NCBI GenBank assembly: GCA_951406725.2
Contig: OX597832.1
Location: 70,928,001 to 70,992,000 of the forward strand
Direction: 5' to 3'
Origin: Octopus vulgaris
Lineage: Eukaryota
DNA length: 64,000 nt
Shown here: piece after piece, positions 41,037 to 54,789 of the stretch
Numbering within the stretch: the first letter of the stretch is position 1
Layout of the letters: each line of letters starts with the position of its first letter
Position numbers and translations under genes: made by a program
Notes under the pieces: model-generated
Databases searched by the model: none
Seen by the model: only the letters and a program-made list of their open reading frames with translations
What the model was told of the DNA's origin: nothing

Positions 41037-42407
41037 ATTGACACACGCATGCAGTTGTCTTACAAGAGTAATTAATTGACTCGATATAGATCTATATCGT
41101 AATTTATACGAAAGCGATAAGATAGTACATTCTGCATGGTGTCTGTGTGTGAAGTGAATAGTCAGCTATTTGATGGTGGTGGTGGTGGTGGTGGTGGTGA
41201 GAAGGAGGAGGAGGAGGAGGAGGAGGATGGTGTGGTGGGGTTGATGGTAGTAATGACAATGAAGATGGCGATGCTGGGGTATAAATTATATGGCTAGATT
41301 GTTAACGATGACATAGGTGAAATTGTGTTGTAGAGTATGTAAACTTAATTGTTTTCACGCAATTGTTGCTGTTGTCATTGTTCTTGTTGTTTAACGCTTG
41401 GTCAGTGGGGTTCGAAAAAATCTTCTGTCAAAGTTATTCCATCAGTGACCATCTCGTCTTATGTTTGTGACGAGATTGCCCAATGTTCTCTTTTTCATTG
41501 TTTAAGACTACTACGTAGACGATATGAGGGAGATGTGGTTGTTATTTTTAGCCATAATCGAGTGACCTACTTAAAGTTCTTTTGTCGGAATGTGTCATCG
41601 TTGTCGTCGTGAAGTACATCTAATTTCAGCTCATCAAAACATTATTCATCTCTGAATATTGTAGAATAGTTAGTGCTTAGAATGTTTCCCAGTAATCACT
41701 TCGACTCTCTGAGTTCAAATCCCACTCGAGCCAATTTTCTCCCTTTTTTTTCGTTTTGGAGCCGATAGAAAAGTAGGAACCCAGAACGGCAGATTGACTG
41801 AACTGGAAGAGGGTGTCTTCCACTTCTTTCACTTCTAACAGCAATGTCTTCATCGACTCTGGTGCCAAGTTGGCAGCCATTCTCTCCGGTATAGAAATAT
41901 GAGACAACTGCAACGCATGATCAACTGCTGGATTGCTCCAAAAAGATGTTTTGAAACCTCTTGCCTAAGCCTTCAGGTACACATGCAGGTGCATGGTTGA
42001 CTTTGGGGTACAGAAAACCTAAAATATTCCTTCTTGTTTCCGTTTTGTTTTATGACGCTACTGCGCATGTAGTACACACTGTATTGTTCTTGATGGAGGC
42101 GATGGTGCTGTTATTTTGCTTTGATCCTCCGCAAACAAAAGAGGTAATTTTACTTTATGATGATCCACTCACCTTATCTGAAACAGAGATCAGCCGAGTT
42201 CTGATGTAGTCACCACTCCTTACTGTTTGGATGTTCCGAAAGTGTCGACAGCAAGTCCACCGAATGAACGAAAGCATCGGACATGCAACCTAGCCAACCT
42301 TTATTCACTAAGGCAGTCATACGATGTGCATATATATATATATATACATGCACACACACACACACACATAGTGAATAAACAAACGAATATATACTAAATA
42401 CACAGGC

Positions 42408-42754
42408 GAACAGAAAACATAGAAGATCACTTCCTCATGAGTTATCCCCCAGGGGGTCAAATGCAATTTCGTCTATTATCGATAATATTGCTTCCACTCT
42501 GGAGGTACCGGCAAGAAAGTTGCCAGGTATGGGACAAAAGCAACAAAAGGAGACGGACTCGAGACGAGACTAACGTCCACTGACGGTCTCGTCTCGAGTC
42601 TGTCTCGTTTTGTTATGTTTTGGTCCCGTTTCCCACAGGTTTCTTGCCGCTACCTCGAGAGTGGACGCAATATTATCGATAATAGCCGAAATTGCGTTTG
42701 ATCCTCTGGCCGATAACTGATGAGAAGGTGGTGACCTTCTGTATTTTCATGTTC
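42408..42754. repeat. ~350-bp imperfect hairpin (MITE-like)
   Basis: The arms fold around the loop at 42571-42585 (gactcgagacgagac / gtctcgtctcgagtc). gcaatttcgtctattatcgataatattgc pairs with gcaatattatcgataatagccgaaattgc. Confidence 0.85.
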
Positions 42755-42766
42755 TTTTTAATCTTA

Positions 42767-42826
<60 letters not shown>

Positions 42827-42828
<2 letters not shown>

Positions 42829-43215
42829 ACAATAATTAAGGGTTTAGCAACGAATTGCTTAACCACATACCGAAACATTTAGAAATAGCAGCCAAAAGGC
42901 TGTTATTTCTTTTCGCTACAAAATATGACTCCACAGACAACCCTTTCTGTAACTCACACAGAGTTACAGAGTAAGTTACAGAGAGGGTTGTCTGTAGAGT
43001 CATATTTTGTAGCGAAAAGAAATAACAGCCTTTTGGCTGCTATTTCTAAATGTTTCGGTATGTGGTTAAGCAATTCGTTGCTAAACCCTTAATTATTGTT
43101 ATAATTATATATAAAACTTCTTGTATAAGTTTTTACCGAATATGGTTCCTTTCAATACCGAAACTACTTGGTGAAATTTATTAATTATAAATTAATAATT
43201 TTCTACCTTATATCT
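42827..43215. mobile_element. Foldback element (128-bp near-perfect arms 42827-42954 / 42974-43101) between (TA)n tracts
   Basis: Direct reverse-complement match. A very degenerate HHR-like fold lies at ~43132-43176. Confidence 0.85.
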
Positions 43216-43351
43216 ATAATATATATATATATATATATAGGTATGTCAGATTTTCCGTTTGTTGTCTTCTTTTTACTTAATCCTGAAATTATTATTTATG
43301 TAACGCAAGCACTCCTTAATTTTTTACCTATGTACATATACAAATATACAT

Positions 43352-43391
<40 letters not shown>

Positions 43392-43483
43392 ACACACAAA
43401 GAGAGATTTTGTTCTTAGAACTCAATATACAAATTCTTCAGAATGTGTGAAGTGAGTGCGGAGTGTAATATCCTTTCTAGAAT

Positions 43484-43688
43484 GGGCACAAAGCCTGACA
43501 TTTTGTGGGGAGGGGATATTCTATTACATAGACCGCAGTGTTCAACTGGTGCTCATTTTATCGACCCCGAGGAGATGAAGCGCAAAATCGACCTCGGCAG
43601 AATTAGAACTCATAACATGAAGACAGACAAAATGCCGCTAAACATTTTTTTACCCGACGTGCTAACGCTTGTGCCAGTTCCCCTCCTT
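43484..43688 (-). mobile_element. SINE family B
   Basis: tcgaccccgaggagatgaagcgcaaaatcgacctcggcagaattagaactca...gtgctaacg is the reverse of the 16146-16300 type. Confidence 0.8.
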
Positions 43689-43960
43689 GGTTCAGAATGT
43701 AATATAAAATTAAATAAATGAATGGGAACAGAAATTACGTAATCAGGTTATTTAACTTAGAGTTGTTTCTGCTTGGAGATGCAGTGCACTCTGAGATGAG
43801 GAGGTTATAGGTTGATGCACAATCGTACATGTCTGAATGTACTGCATTGTGCAGCAGAAACGGCAGTTAGCTAATAAAGTTGACTGCGTAATTCACATTG
43901 ACTTGTTATTTCTTTAATCTCATATATGTATTTACATATATATGTGAGCATATATATATA

Positions 43961-44981
43961 CTAGCATTATTACCCGTCGTTGCCGGGTCATAGAGCTAGT
44001 GCATGTATATATGTGTACATATTACATGTACATCTATATATATACATCTACACATAAAATACAAAATACAAAGTTATATCTTGATATCGCTAGTGATAAC
44101 AATACTCAAAATATATAACAGACTGGAATTGTAGGCCCGTCTCTTGCAATTTCGATCAATTGTATCTTGTCCTCCCTCTTGTAAAGAAGTGTGGCTACAA
44201 TCCAGCCTACCTCAACTTCTGGGGGGGGGAGACATTTTAAATTTTTATCCGGCATGTCCTACGTCCCAGATATAAAGGTAAAAATAAAATATTTCCACTT
44301 TCCAAGTTCGAGTCCAGTACTCCCTTGCACTCGTACTTTGCTTCTATTGTGGTGAATTTACCGCCTCTGGTTAGATATCTTTCATAGTCGCACCAAGACA
44401 CTTTTCGATGGTACTTTCCTCCAGGTGTTCAAATCTTCTTTTTTCTCTACATTGTATACTTTATAGACAATAGTCTTTTCTTTAATTTAATTTTTTATTA
44501 TCCATCTGGACTATTCCATTTCTGCACGCGAATTTTATTTTTAATTTATTCCCATTCATGTGAAACCACTTATTCAAGTTCAAGTCATTGATGCAATTTT
44601 ATACCAATTGCTATTTTTACTTTTGTTATGCTACGATTATATTATACTTTAGTTTGATTTTAATTATTATTTGCTACATATAATTCAATTGTTATTATTA
44701 TTTTTATTGTTAAAGTGAAAGTATCTGACATAAAATAGAGGAATGTTTTTGTTTCACTTTTAACACGTAATACTGAAATAATGGAGAAGATATGATATTG
44801 CTATGGGCTCGCTCTAGGCAAGAAGTTGAACATTTTTTTGCCCATGAAACTACATGGACCCTAAGTAAGGCATGTGTAAAATTTGAATGAAATTGGTTGT
44901 GTAGTTCTCAAGTTTTAGGGAAACACACAGACAGACAGATAGACAGACACACACACATTCTCAGTTTTATATATAGAGAGA
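43961..44981 (-). mobile_element. Non-autonomous Helitron copy 2 (internally deleted)
   Basis: CTAG plus hairpin at 43961-43999. The 5' end ctcagttttatatatagagaga lies at 44960-44981. Confidence 0.9.
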
Positions 44982-46521
44982 TAAACATATATTATATTTA
45001 CACACACACACATATACGTATGTATGTAAGAATGTATGTGTGTATATGTATATATATGTATGTATATGTATCTTTATATAAGAACATTCAAACGTGCGCG
45101 CGTGCGTGTGTGTGTGTGTGTGTAAAGTCTGTTTGAAAATAACCGAACTTTAAACAAATACTAATTCATTACAATTGCTTTAGATGTCTATGATAAAACA
45201 GTTCCCATTGCTGTTGCTACTGCTCTTAACGTTCCAACGGGAATTTCAGTTTGGTAACGAAAATTATGCAAAAGCCAATTCCACAAAGTCTGAGAACTGG
45301 AGGACACGAGCCGTCTTGTACTTTGTCAAATAATCCCGAATATTGAGTGACACAAGCACAGGATTGTTGTGGCGGGGCGGGGTTAGCATGTATGCTTTGT
45401 GGCTCTTCGTTTGAGGCCTCTTCTTCGCACTGCTTCACTGAAACACTCCAGGATATCCGAGTAAAACTCTTTAATTATCGCGTGATCGCCCGGAAAATTT
45501 TCTTTGAAAGAATGCCGTTCTTCCAGACAAAAAAAGAACTATCAATATCCTCTTCGCATTTAAACGATTCTGACGAAATCATTTCGGTTGTGTCGGTGAA
45601 GATTTACAGAAACAACTGTCCGTTCTGTTTCAACATCATAGCCATTTTCGATTCTTTTATCACGCTCTTGATTCAATAATGTAGTAATATACCCATTTTT
45701 CCACTTCTTGTGAAAAAACATTTTTCAGCATCCTAGCCATGAGCGCACACTTCAAGTTTCGTCATGTTATGACGTTTTCAGAAAAATTGCGTCAGCGTTC
45801 AAATGATAAAACAGTTCCTAAATGACTGCGAGTCACTTCTCTTTTACTTCATTCACCATCAGATGCGGCATACATTTAACGGCAACATGACGTACTTTAA
45901 AACTTAGAAAATTTAATGAAAAGCCAGACGACACTTTCCCGGATCACGGCAAGCACTTCCGCAATGTAATCGTCATCCACCGTCATGCAAGTTCTCGCTT
46001 TGAAATGCTGCAACCACTCCTACCATTTCGTACAACATAAACTCTCTTCGAATGCAAATTCCAAAGCTGGTAAATAATCTCAGAATAAAAGCTTTTCCAA
46101 ATTTCACTCTCGTAGAGATTTTGCAACATTTGCAACTCTGAACTCTTCCATATTCTCTTCTCTAAGGATCCCCTTGTAAACACACTTATAGAGAAATCGT
46201 ACAAATGTAAACACTGGCAGAAATATACATTTTACGCATATAAATGATTTCGATAGTCATTATAGTTTGAACAATTAGTTTATCGTGTACTTCACTTCAA
46301 TAGAGAAATCCTTTCCTAAGCCTTTGAACATTCTTTTAATCAACGTACCCCTCCCTCTCTATTTGTTCCCTATTTATTATTCCTTTAACCCTTCTCTTCC
46401 TACTATCTAACTTTGACGTCAATTCTACTAACGGTTTTTTAAAAACACTTATTAGCGTTTTGTTTATCATGTAGGCAGTCATCGTAATTATTATATTGTC
46501 TTGTTGAGAGAGGCACCCTTT

Positions 46522-46603
46522 CTTTCCTGATGAGAAGATTGCATCTTATACCGTTTATTCCTTTGGAATAAAACCATGTTGTCTTCGAAACATATATCGA
46601 AAG
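46522..46603 (+). ncRNA. Type I hammerhead ribozyme with long stem II
   Basis: CTTTC-CTGATGA-GAAGA...TCTTC-GAAA-CATATA-TC-GAAAG. The downstream atcttcgttcaactccattt is shared with the element at 14225-14360. Confidence 0.8.
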
Positions 46604-46790
46604 TAAAGGAATTTTGTTAACATCTTCGTTCAACTCCATTTATTTATTTATTCATATATAACACACACATTTCTGCACATGAACCCGGAGTTTCTACCTT
46701 TGGATAGGTCGCTTCAACCGTGTTTCTGACGTGAATTTGCTACCCTGGTATCGGTTCATCGAATTTTCCATGTTGACGGTAAACATATTT

Positions 46791-47383
46791 TTTAGGGAAT
46801 CGTAGACGAGAAGATATGATATTGCTATGGGCTCGCTCTAGGCAAGAATTTGAACATTTTTTTGCCCATGAAACTACATGGACCCTAAGTAAGGCATGTG
46901 TAAAATTTGAGTGAAATTGGTTGTGTAGTTCTCAAGTTTTAGGGAAACACACAGACAGACAGATAGACAGACAGACACACATTCTCAGTTTTATACATAT
47001 AGAGATAAACATATATTATATTTACACACGCACAAACATATACGTATGTATGTAAGAATGTATGTGTGTATATATATATATATGTATGTATATGTATCTT
47101 TATATAAGAACATTCAAACGTGCGCGCGTGTGTGTGTGTGTGTGTGTAAAGTCTGTTTGAAAATAACCGAACTTTAAACAAATACTAATTCATTACAATT
47201 GCTTTAGATGTCTATGATAAAACAGTTCCCATCGCTGTTGCTACTGCTCTTAATGTTCCAACGGGAATTTCAGTTTGGTAACGAAAATTATGCAAAAGCC
47301 AATTCCACAAAGTCTGAGAACTGGAGGACACGAGCCGTCTTGTACTTTGTCAAATAATCCCGAATATTGAGTGACACAAGCAC
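46791..47383 (-). repeat. Helitron 5' fragment (copy 3) plus flank; direct duplicate of 44784-45359
   Basis: Near-identical ~575 bp, including ~380 bp outside the Helitron 5' end. Confidence 0.9.
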
Positions 47384-47404
47384 TAGACTTAACATAATTC
47401 ATTC

Positions 47405-47610
47405 GGAGTCTGGATAGATTCCTTCAAGGAATACCAGATAAGCCACCCATAATTGGATACAACTCACCCAACAAAAACTCACTACTTGAATGGAGCATAA
47501 ACAAAACTTGACTTAAACAGGATTCAAATAATCCTATCAGGTGGTGCTATTAAGTTAGACATGGCCTGGACCAATCTTTGGTTGAAACATATCTAAGTTT
47601 ATCTAAGTTT
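47405..47610 (+). mobile_element. 3' fragment of the CR1-group LINE
   Basis: Reverse complement of 15742-15927, with tail (tatctaagtt)2. Confidence 0.85.
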
Positions 47611-48048
47611 ATATATAGAGAGAAAAAAAAGGGATTAAAAAATTCAGTCAGATATCAATGAAGCACTCAGACACCAGTAAATGGAAATAGAATGCACATC
47701 CAAGGTAAATCGTCATGTATGCCAAGTAGATTCAAACATCACGTCGCAGTTTGAGAAATTCAGAGTATTTGGCAACAACAAAAACATAGAGAAATCACAT
47801 CTTTATGGTAGAATTCACCTTTTAAATCCGACAATTGTTTCTATTGTATTAATATATTTAGATATAGAATGTATCATTGAAATTAATATTTCCGAAAATA
47901 CATATTAAGACGGCATTTTTGAGACGATCCAAAATTTATGAAATTCAAAGTGAAGAAATTAAATATTTCCAGTACACGAACATCCAGGAAAAGAACACTA
48001 ACAAGGAATACAATCTAAGACATTTCTATATTCGACGTATGGTGTATA

Positions 48049-48115
<67 letters not shown>

Positions 48116-48566
48116 GTGTGGATGTGTATACATGTATGACTAAGAAACTTTAGACCTTAGTGACTTACTCGGAAGCCTCAAGATGTAGATTCAAAGACGG
48201 TTGCTCAGTCGTTGATGAAATCTCAGCCCAGGTCTACAACCAGTCGCGGTGATCACGTGTTTTTTTTGACATCGGGATACTATACAGAAAGACAAGATTT
48301 TCACAACTATTTACACCCTCTGTTAGTTATAATCAATAGATATAAATAGCTACAATCTTTATATGAGTGTGTGTTTATGTGTTTTCCTGTTGTGTATAGA
48401 TATATGGATATCTATATATATATATATATATTATAAACATATACACGCACAAATAAATATACACGTGTGTGTTCGTGTGTATGTGTTTGTGTGCATGTAT
48501 GTGTGTGAGTATATGCATATATACATACCTGTGTGTGTGTAAGTATTTGTGTGTGGAGAATCACAT

Positions 48567-48606
<40 letters not shown>

Positions 48607-48962
48607 ATGCAAGACAGGAAAGGAACGCTGACGCAGAGAAGGTTTTCCTTTCATATTTCAGTGCTGCTCCATTTCTTCTGACACTCATCTGTGAAGAGTG
48701 AAAGTGAAAGTCAAGAGAACGCTAAGAACGGAAGTGAGTGAATGTGAGGGGACGAGTAAGGCTTTGTAGAAGTGGGGAGGAGGAGGGAAGAAGCCGCGTG
48801 TTTCAATGGAATGTGGAGGAGTAAAATTGAAAGAAATGATCTGTCAGCATCCATTTCCATGTCTATTAACGGTGGTGATATACTGCAGCTAAAACACACC
48901 ATGGTGAGATGGAGTTTTGAAAAAATCATTTCGGTCAGCGGCTACGAATATATATATATATA

Positions 48963-49256
48963 TTCTTTTATTCTTTTATTTGTTTCAGTCATTTGAGTGC
49001 GGCCATGCTGGATCACCGCATTTAGTCAAACAAATCGACCCCAGGACTTATTTTTTGTAAGCCTAGTACTTATTATATCGGTCACTTTTACCGAACCGAT
49101 AAGTTACGGGGACGTAAACACACCAACATCGGTTGTCAAGCGATGGTGGGGTGACAAACACAGACACACAAGTATATATATATATGTGTAAATACATATA
49201 TATATGCGACGGGCTTCCTTCAGTTTCCGTCTACCAAATCCATTCATAAGGCTTTG
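48963..49256 (-). mobile_element. SINE family A, head truncated
   Basis: gtttcagtcatttgagtgcggccatgctgg...cagtttccgtctaccaaatccattcataagg. Confidence 0.85.
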
Positions 49257-49766
49257 ACGGGTACATCTTCAGAATGTTATGGATAATTTAAGAGTTAATT
49301 ATACAGAAAAATTTGAAGATGTATCAGTTTTCGTATTTTTTATAATTATTTGGGATTTACACTCCCGAAGATATTCATCATTCAACGAAGTGAACCCGAA
49401 TTTAACGATCAGACGAATTACAATAGAATTACTCACACTAAGCGATCCTTGTTGCTTCTTATAATTTGATGTCTTTAGCCGTAACTTGGAATATGCTTGA
49501 GAGCTATTATGGTGCCTGCCTGGAATAATTTATCCTTATATACGCATTTGTGTGTGTATATATATATATATATCGTTACTGATATACGGTTATACCAACA
49601 TCAAACCACGACACCAGGTGACCTTCCTCGACCAATCGCAGTCCACTTTTTTCATTCAAGTTCAAATTGGCTAAAGATTAGCATCATACTTGAAACTCTC
49701 GGAGTGCCAACGAATTTGAATCAAACTGCTTTGAGCCACATGTACACACATACACACACGCATATA

Positions 49767-50553
49767 ATTTTATACAAAATTAAGGATAAAACCACTTTAA
49801 TGAGTTTATCAACTGGCCAGCGTGAAATAAAAGCCTGGTAGATAACGATTTATATTAATTTGTAATTATGTAATATAATTATATTAAAAGACGTGGATAA
49901 ATCCCACCAACACACAAGGAATATACGCCAAATGGCTTTAAACCCACATCTATACTCTGATAATACAGGTTGTTTTAGAGCCATTTGGGGTCTATTCCTA
50001 GTGTGTTGGTGGGTTTTATCAGCACCCTTTAATATAATTTTATTATATGATTTTAAATTAACATAAATTGTTACCTACAAGGTCTTTATTTCACGCTGGC
50101 CACTTGATAAAGTCATTAAAGTGGTTTTATCCTTAATTTTGTATAAAATATATAATTTTTGCTTCTGAGCATTTTGCATCCCCTGCGAAATTATTTTGAT
50201 ACTAAAAGCACGTGGTTGAGATGAGAAAAAATTAGATTTTTACTTGTGTAAATTGTATGTATATAGTCGTGCGGAAATGTTCTTCGTGTGGATATATATA
50301 GATATTTGCTTCTATAGACTTTGGCATAGCTTTTATAACCCTAAACCAGAAATCGTTCTACAATTAACCCTCATTTTTCAAAAAAATCTTATTCATTTAT
50401 TTTCATTTACCTGATTACAGCTTGTGCTAACGGAGTATAGATGTGTTTTTTTAGAGCCATTTGCTGTCTATTTCTAGCGTGTTGGTGTGATTTATCTGCA
50501 CCTTTTAATATAATTATATTATATAGTTATAAATATATTAAATAGTTATACCT
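49767..50553. mobile_element. Older inverted-plus-tandem element (IR 49767-49943 / 49973-50149; direct repeat with ~476-bp period)
   Basis: ttagagccattt occurs at 49975 and 50451. A degenerate HHR-like motif with CACGTG lies at ~50177-50223. Confidence 0.7.
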
Positions 50554-50623
50554 ATTTGTTGTTTATACACATTTCATTTGTTTTTCTCTTTTTCGTCTTT
50601 TGTTTTTCTGTAAATTTCAACTG

Positions 50624-52308
50624 TCTCTATATATATAAAACTGAGAATGTGTGTCTGTCTGTCTGTCTGTATGTGTGTTTCCCTAAAACTTGAGAACTAC
50701 ACAACCAATTTCATTCAAAATTTACACATGCCCTACTTAGGGTCCGGGGAGTGTCATCGGCAAAAAAAATGTTTACCTTTTTGCCTAGGGTGAGCCCACA
50801 GCAATATCATATCTTCTCGTCTACGATTCCCTAAAACTTGAAAACTACACAACCAGTTTCATTCAAATTTTACACATGCCTTACTTAGGGTTCATGTAGT
50901 GTCAAGGGCAAAAAAAATGTTCAACTTCTTGCCTAGAGCGAGCCCATAGCAATATCATATCTTCTCCACTATATCAGTATTACGTGACAAAAGTGAAACA
51001 AAAGCATTACTCTATTTTATGTCAGATGCTTTTACTTTAACAATAAAAATAATAATAACAATTGAATTATACGTAGTAAATAATAATTAAAATCAAACTA
51101 AAGTATAATATAATCGTAGCATAACAAAAGTAAAAATAGCAATTGGTATAAAATTGCATCAATGACTTGAACTTGAATAAGTGGTTTCACATGAATGGGA
51201 ATAAATTAAAAATAAAATTAGCGTGCAGAAATGGAATAGTCTAGATGGAGCTGTGCTTTTACATTAGATTATCTGCTAATTAGCTATCATTAAGTATATA
51301 TATGAAGTGTGGTTGTATGTAATATCTGTTTTCTCGAACAGCCGCTCCTATAGAATACTGCTGTTGGTTTATTTCTTATACATAAAGACTATAGCTTCAA
51401 CTGCTTACTGCTTTCTGGCTCATCGTAAGGTTTGTTATTATTATTACTGTTTAACTATTGTTATCACGTTTGTTGGTTCCTCGTAAAGGAAACATTGTTG
51501 TGTTGCATTTGTTAAAAAATTGTAAACTGTAACCGTCCCCCTTTGGGAGAAGGAGCTTTGGTTATTGTTTAAAAATTGAAATATGTCCCTGTTTGGGGAA
51601 ATTGTCAATATTTTCACAGTTTACACGGAAGCATTTTTGCTAGAATGCCTTCGATAGAAGAACGTCCAAAAATGAATTTCGCTGCAGCCATCGGCGGGCG
51701 CGAACTCATTGAAATTAAAATAGAAGAAATATGGATTGATCACTGACAAATACGGTGAATCTAGGATAACACCACGAAACGAAATAAAAAAATTAAATTA
51801 AAGACAAGACTATTGTCTATAAAGTATACAATATAGAGAAAAAAAAAGATTTGAACACCTGGAGGAAAGCACCATCGAAACGTGTCTTGGTGCGACTATG
51901 AAAGATATCTAACCAGAGGCGGTAAATTCGCCACAATAGAAGCAAGTTCGAGTCAACGGAGCGTGCAAGGAAGTACTCGACTGTGGAAATATTCTATTTT
52001 TACCTTTATATCTGTGACGTCCCGGATAAAAATTTAAAATGTCCCCCCTGAAGTAGAGGTAGGCTGGATTGTAGCCACACTTCTATACAAGAGGGAGGAC
52101 AAGATCCAATTGATCGAAATTGCAAGAGACGAGCCTACAATTCCAGTCTGTTATATATTTTGAGTATTGTTATCACTAGCGATATCAATATATAACTTTG
52201 TATTTTGTATTTTATGTGTAGATGTATATATATAGAAGTACATGTAACATATACACATATATACATGCACTAGCACTATGATCCGGCAACGACGGGTCAT
52301 AATGCTAG
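50624..52308 (+). mobile_element. Non-autonomous Helitron copy 4 (full length)
   Basis: TCtctatatatataaaactgagaatg ... tatgatccggcaacgacgggtcataatgCTAG|T. Confidence 0.9.
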
Positions 52309-52573
52309 TATATATATATATATATATATATGACTAATAGGTTAGAGATGGGTGTTCTCTATATAGATTACACTCTGAAGTGCTCAAGATATTTGAACTT
52401 GAGCCGGTAGATGAGTAAATGTAATGAGGTAATGAGAAGTAAGTAAGGCAAGTCGATTTACACAGAATATTAAATATATTTAATAGAAAATATGTACATG
52501 TGAATGGATATAAAATAATCCGATTCACAGAATATAATTGATATCAAGAGTTGAATGGGTGGAGCTTTACGAG

Positions 52574-52666
52574 TCCAACAGCTGTTTGGTGGGGGACTTG
52601 GTGGTCCGAAATAATGATAGTTACTTGGATCCATTATCGGATAACACCACACCCGTCTTCAGGGGA
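52574..52666 (-). ncRNA. Degenerate hammerhead with long stem II, in a pLTR-like segment (52333-52715)
   Basis: Minus strand reads CC-CTGAAGA-...long stem (tccga/tcgga)...-CAAA-CAGCTG-TT-GG, with GAAA mutated to CAAA. Confidence 0.5.
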
Positions 52667-52740
52667 GAATTTTGCATTGGAGAATTTTACGTTTGAGGTG
52701 TTGACAAGATGGAGTTTATATATATATATATATATATGAT

Positions 52741-52968
52741 ATTTTCCTTGTCTCAGCCAGTTGACTGCGGCCATGCTGGGGCACCTCTTTAAAGAATTTT
52801 TGCCGTACAAAACTCTAGTACTTATTATTTTGTAAGGCTCGGTACTTATCCCATCGGTCACTTTGCCGAACTGCAAAGTTACGCGACGTAAACCACTAAC
52901 CACTGGCTGTTAAGTGGTTATGGAAAAAAGCTCATATACAAAAACACTGACACACACGCGCATATTTA

Positions 52969-53005
<37 letters not shown>

Positions 53006-53118
53006 GACAGGCTTCTTTCGGTTTCTGTCTACCGAATTCACTCTGTAGGCTTTGGTCATTTCGAGGCTATAGCAGCAGACGCTTCTCACTGGTACTGGAC
53101 CCAGAACCATGTGGCTGA
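52741..53118 (-). mobile_element. SINE family A, degenerate
   Basis: ttgactgcggccatgctggggcacc...gacaggcttctttcggtttctgtctacc...agaaccatgtggctg. Confidence 0.75.
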
Positions 53119-54079
53119 GCATATATACCTTACGGTTTAAAATGCCTTCGCTGTAAAATATTTGAGGTTAGTATCCTCACAGAGAAAAATAAAGTGATTG
53201 TGCTGACATGTGTCACGGTTGGTTGAGCACTTTTAAGAGGAAATATGCCCGTCACACTTCTCACGAAGAGAACGTAAGAGCCATCGCTATCTAAATCTAA
53301 CACTAACTCACATAATCACTGAATTAGACTAATTTGCATACCATGCAATAGTTTGCGGCTTGACCAAATTATTAATTAATACTTTATGCACAAACAGCCT
53401 GTATAAGAAAATCTAATATAAATTTAACGTAATAATTACATTCTACAAGAACCATTGCAGCTAGTTAAAACTGTTAAAATTCAATTTAATTTATTTTATG
53501 AGTTGCCAAAACTTCCGTCTTTCACCATCAAATAGTCGCGCGATGAAAACCGTGATATTCGTGAATTACATTAAAATTTAAATGAAATTTAACTTTGTGT
53601 AAAATGGGTTTTTCACAATGTATTTGATTGAGTTTCACTTGATAAACGGCAACTCCAAAAACTGAATGGAGTCTATTCATTTCAGTTAGTACCTGGCTTG
53701 TGTTAGATTTAAATAGTAATTACTATCATGTTCTCAACATGAGAAGAAGAGAGAGTACAGAACCTCTAAAGAGTAACCAAGCAGCCATGAAACATGTCAG
53801 AATAACTTGGTTATTGCTCTGTTTGCCAAGAGAATTAGACACTATGTTTACATTCGTTTACTTTCCTCAGTGAAAGCAGTATAGACTATATACTAACTCC
53901 CTATGTTTGTGTACACAAAAAGCTCTAAAATATGTTTACGGTCAAGGCGTCATAATCTGTAAGCTCACAACATTAGCTAAATTTATCTTAGAACTTCTAG
54001 GACACGCTGTTAGTGCAAAAAACTTTAAAGATGTGTTTGTATGCGCGCGTGTGTGTGTATGTGTGTGTGTGTGCGTGTG

Positions 54080-54144
<65 letters not shown>

Positions 54145-54662
54145 GTGTGTGTAGTTGAATAACGTTTAGTGATAAAGAAATATTAATGGATAACGATGTG
54201 AGCACGGTTTGGATAATAGGGAAGTCTAAGTTAGAGTGGTATAGCTAAAAATAAAATATGTCAAGCAATATAGAAGCTATAAGAGTATGATACACATGTA
54301 TATATGAAAATGTATTCTGATATATGCGAAAGAGTAAAAATTATACTTTTGACATGGCTCTTGCGTTCGTTTAGAGAATAACGATTCGAGGGAAACATAT
54401 TACAGCAGAGACATGTGTCTTTAGGTATCTTTACAGGAAGTGATAAATCCGGTAAAAAGATATTCCAATTTTTGTGACCGTTTTACATATACATTTAAAG
54501 GCAGATAGTTACGGAGAAATAACTTTTCATAGCATTCATTCAATCCGCTATTATTTCGAAATAATTATAGCAATTTTTTTTACTTAAACACAATTCGCAG
54601 CACAGATTTGAACGTAAACTGTTGCATACATACATACGACATTCCATCCATCCATCTATACA

Positions 54663-54693
<31 letters not shown>

Positions 54694-54789
54694 GTGTGTC
54701 GGGGGTGTATATATGCACGCTCACACACGCTTGTAAGAATTTTTAGTGTTATATCAGAGGTTATATTTCTGCGAAGCTGAATAGAAGTG

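Noticed and set aside
41780-42300. Possible LINE ORF2 remnant on the minus strand (KEYF..., EVKEVEDTL)
   Set aside because: The motifs are too short and degenerate.
42716-42745. CTGATGA plus stem II as a hammerhead
   Set aside because: GAAA, stem III and the stem I partner are missing.
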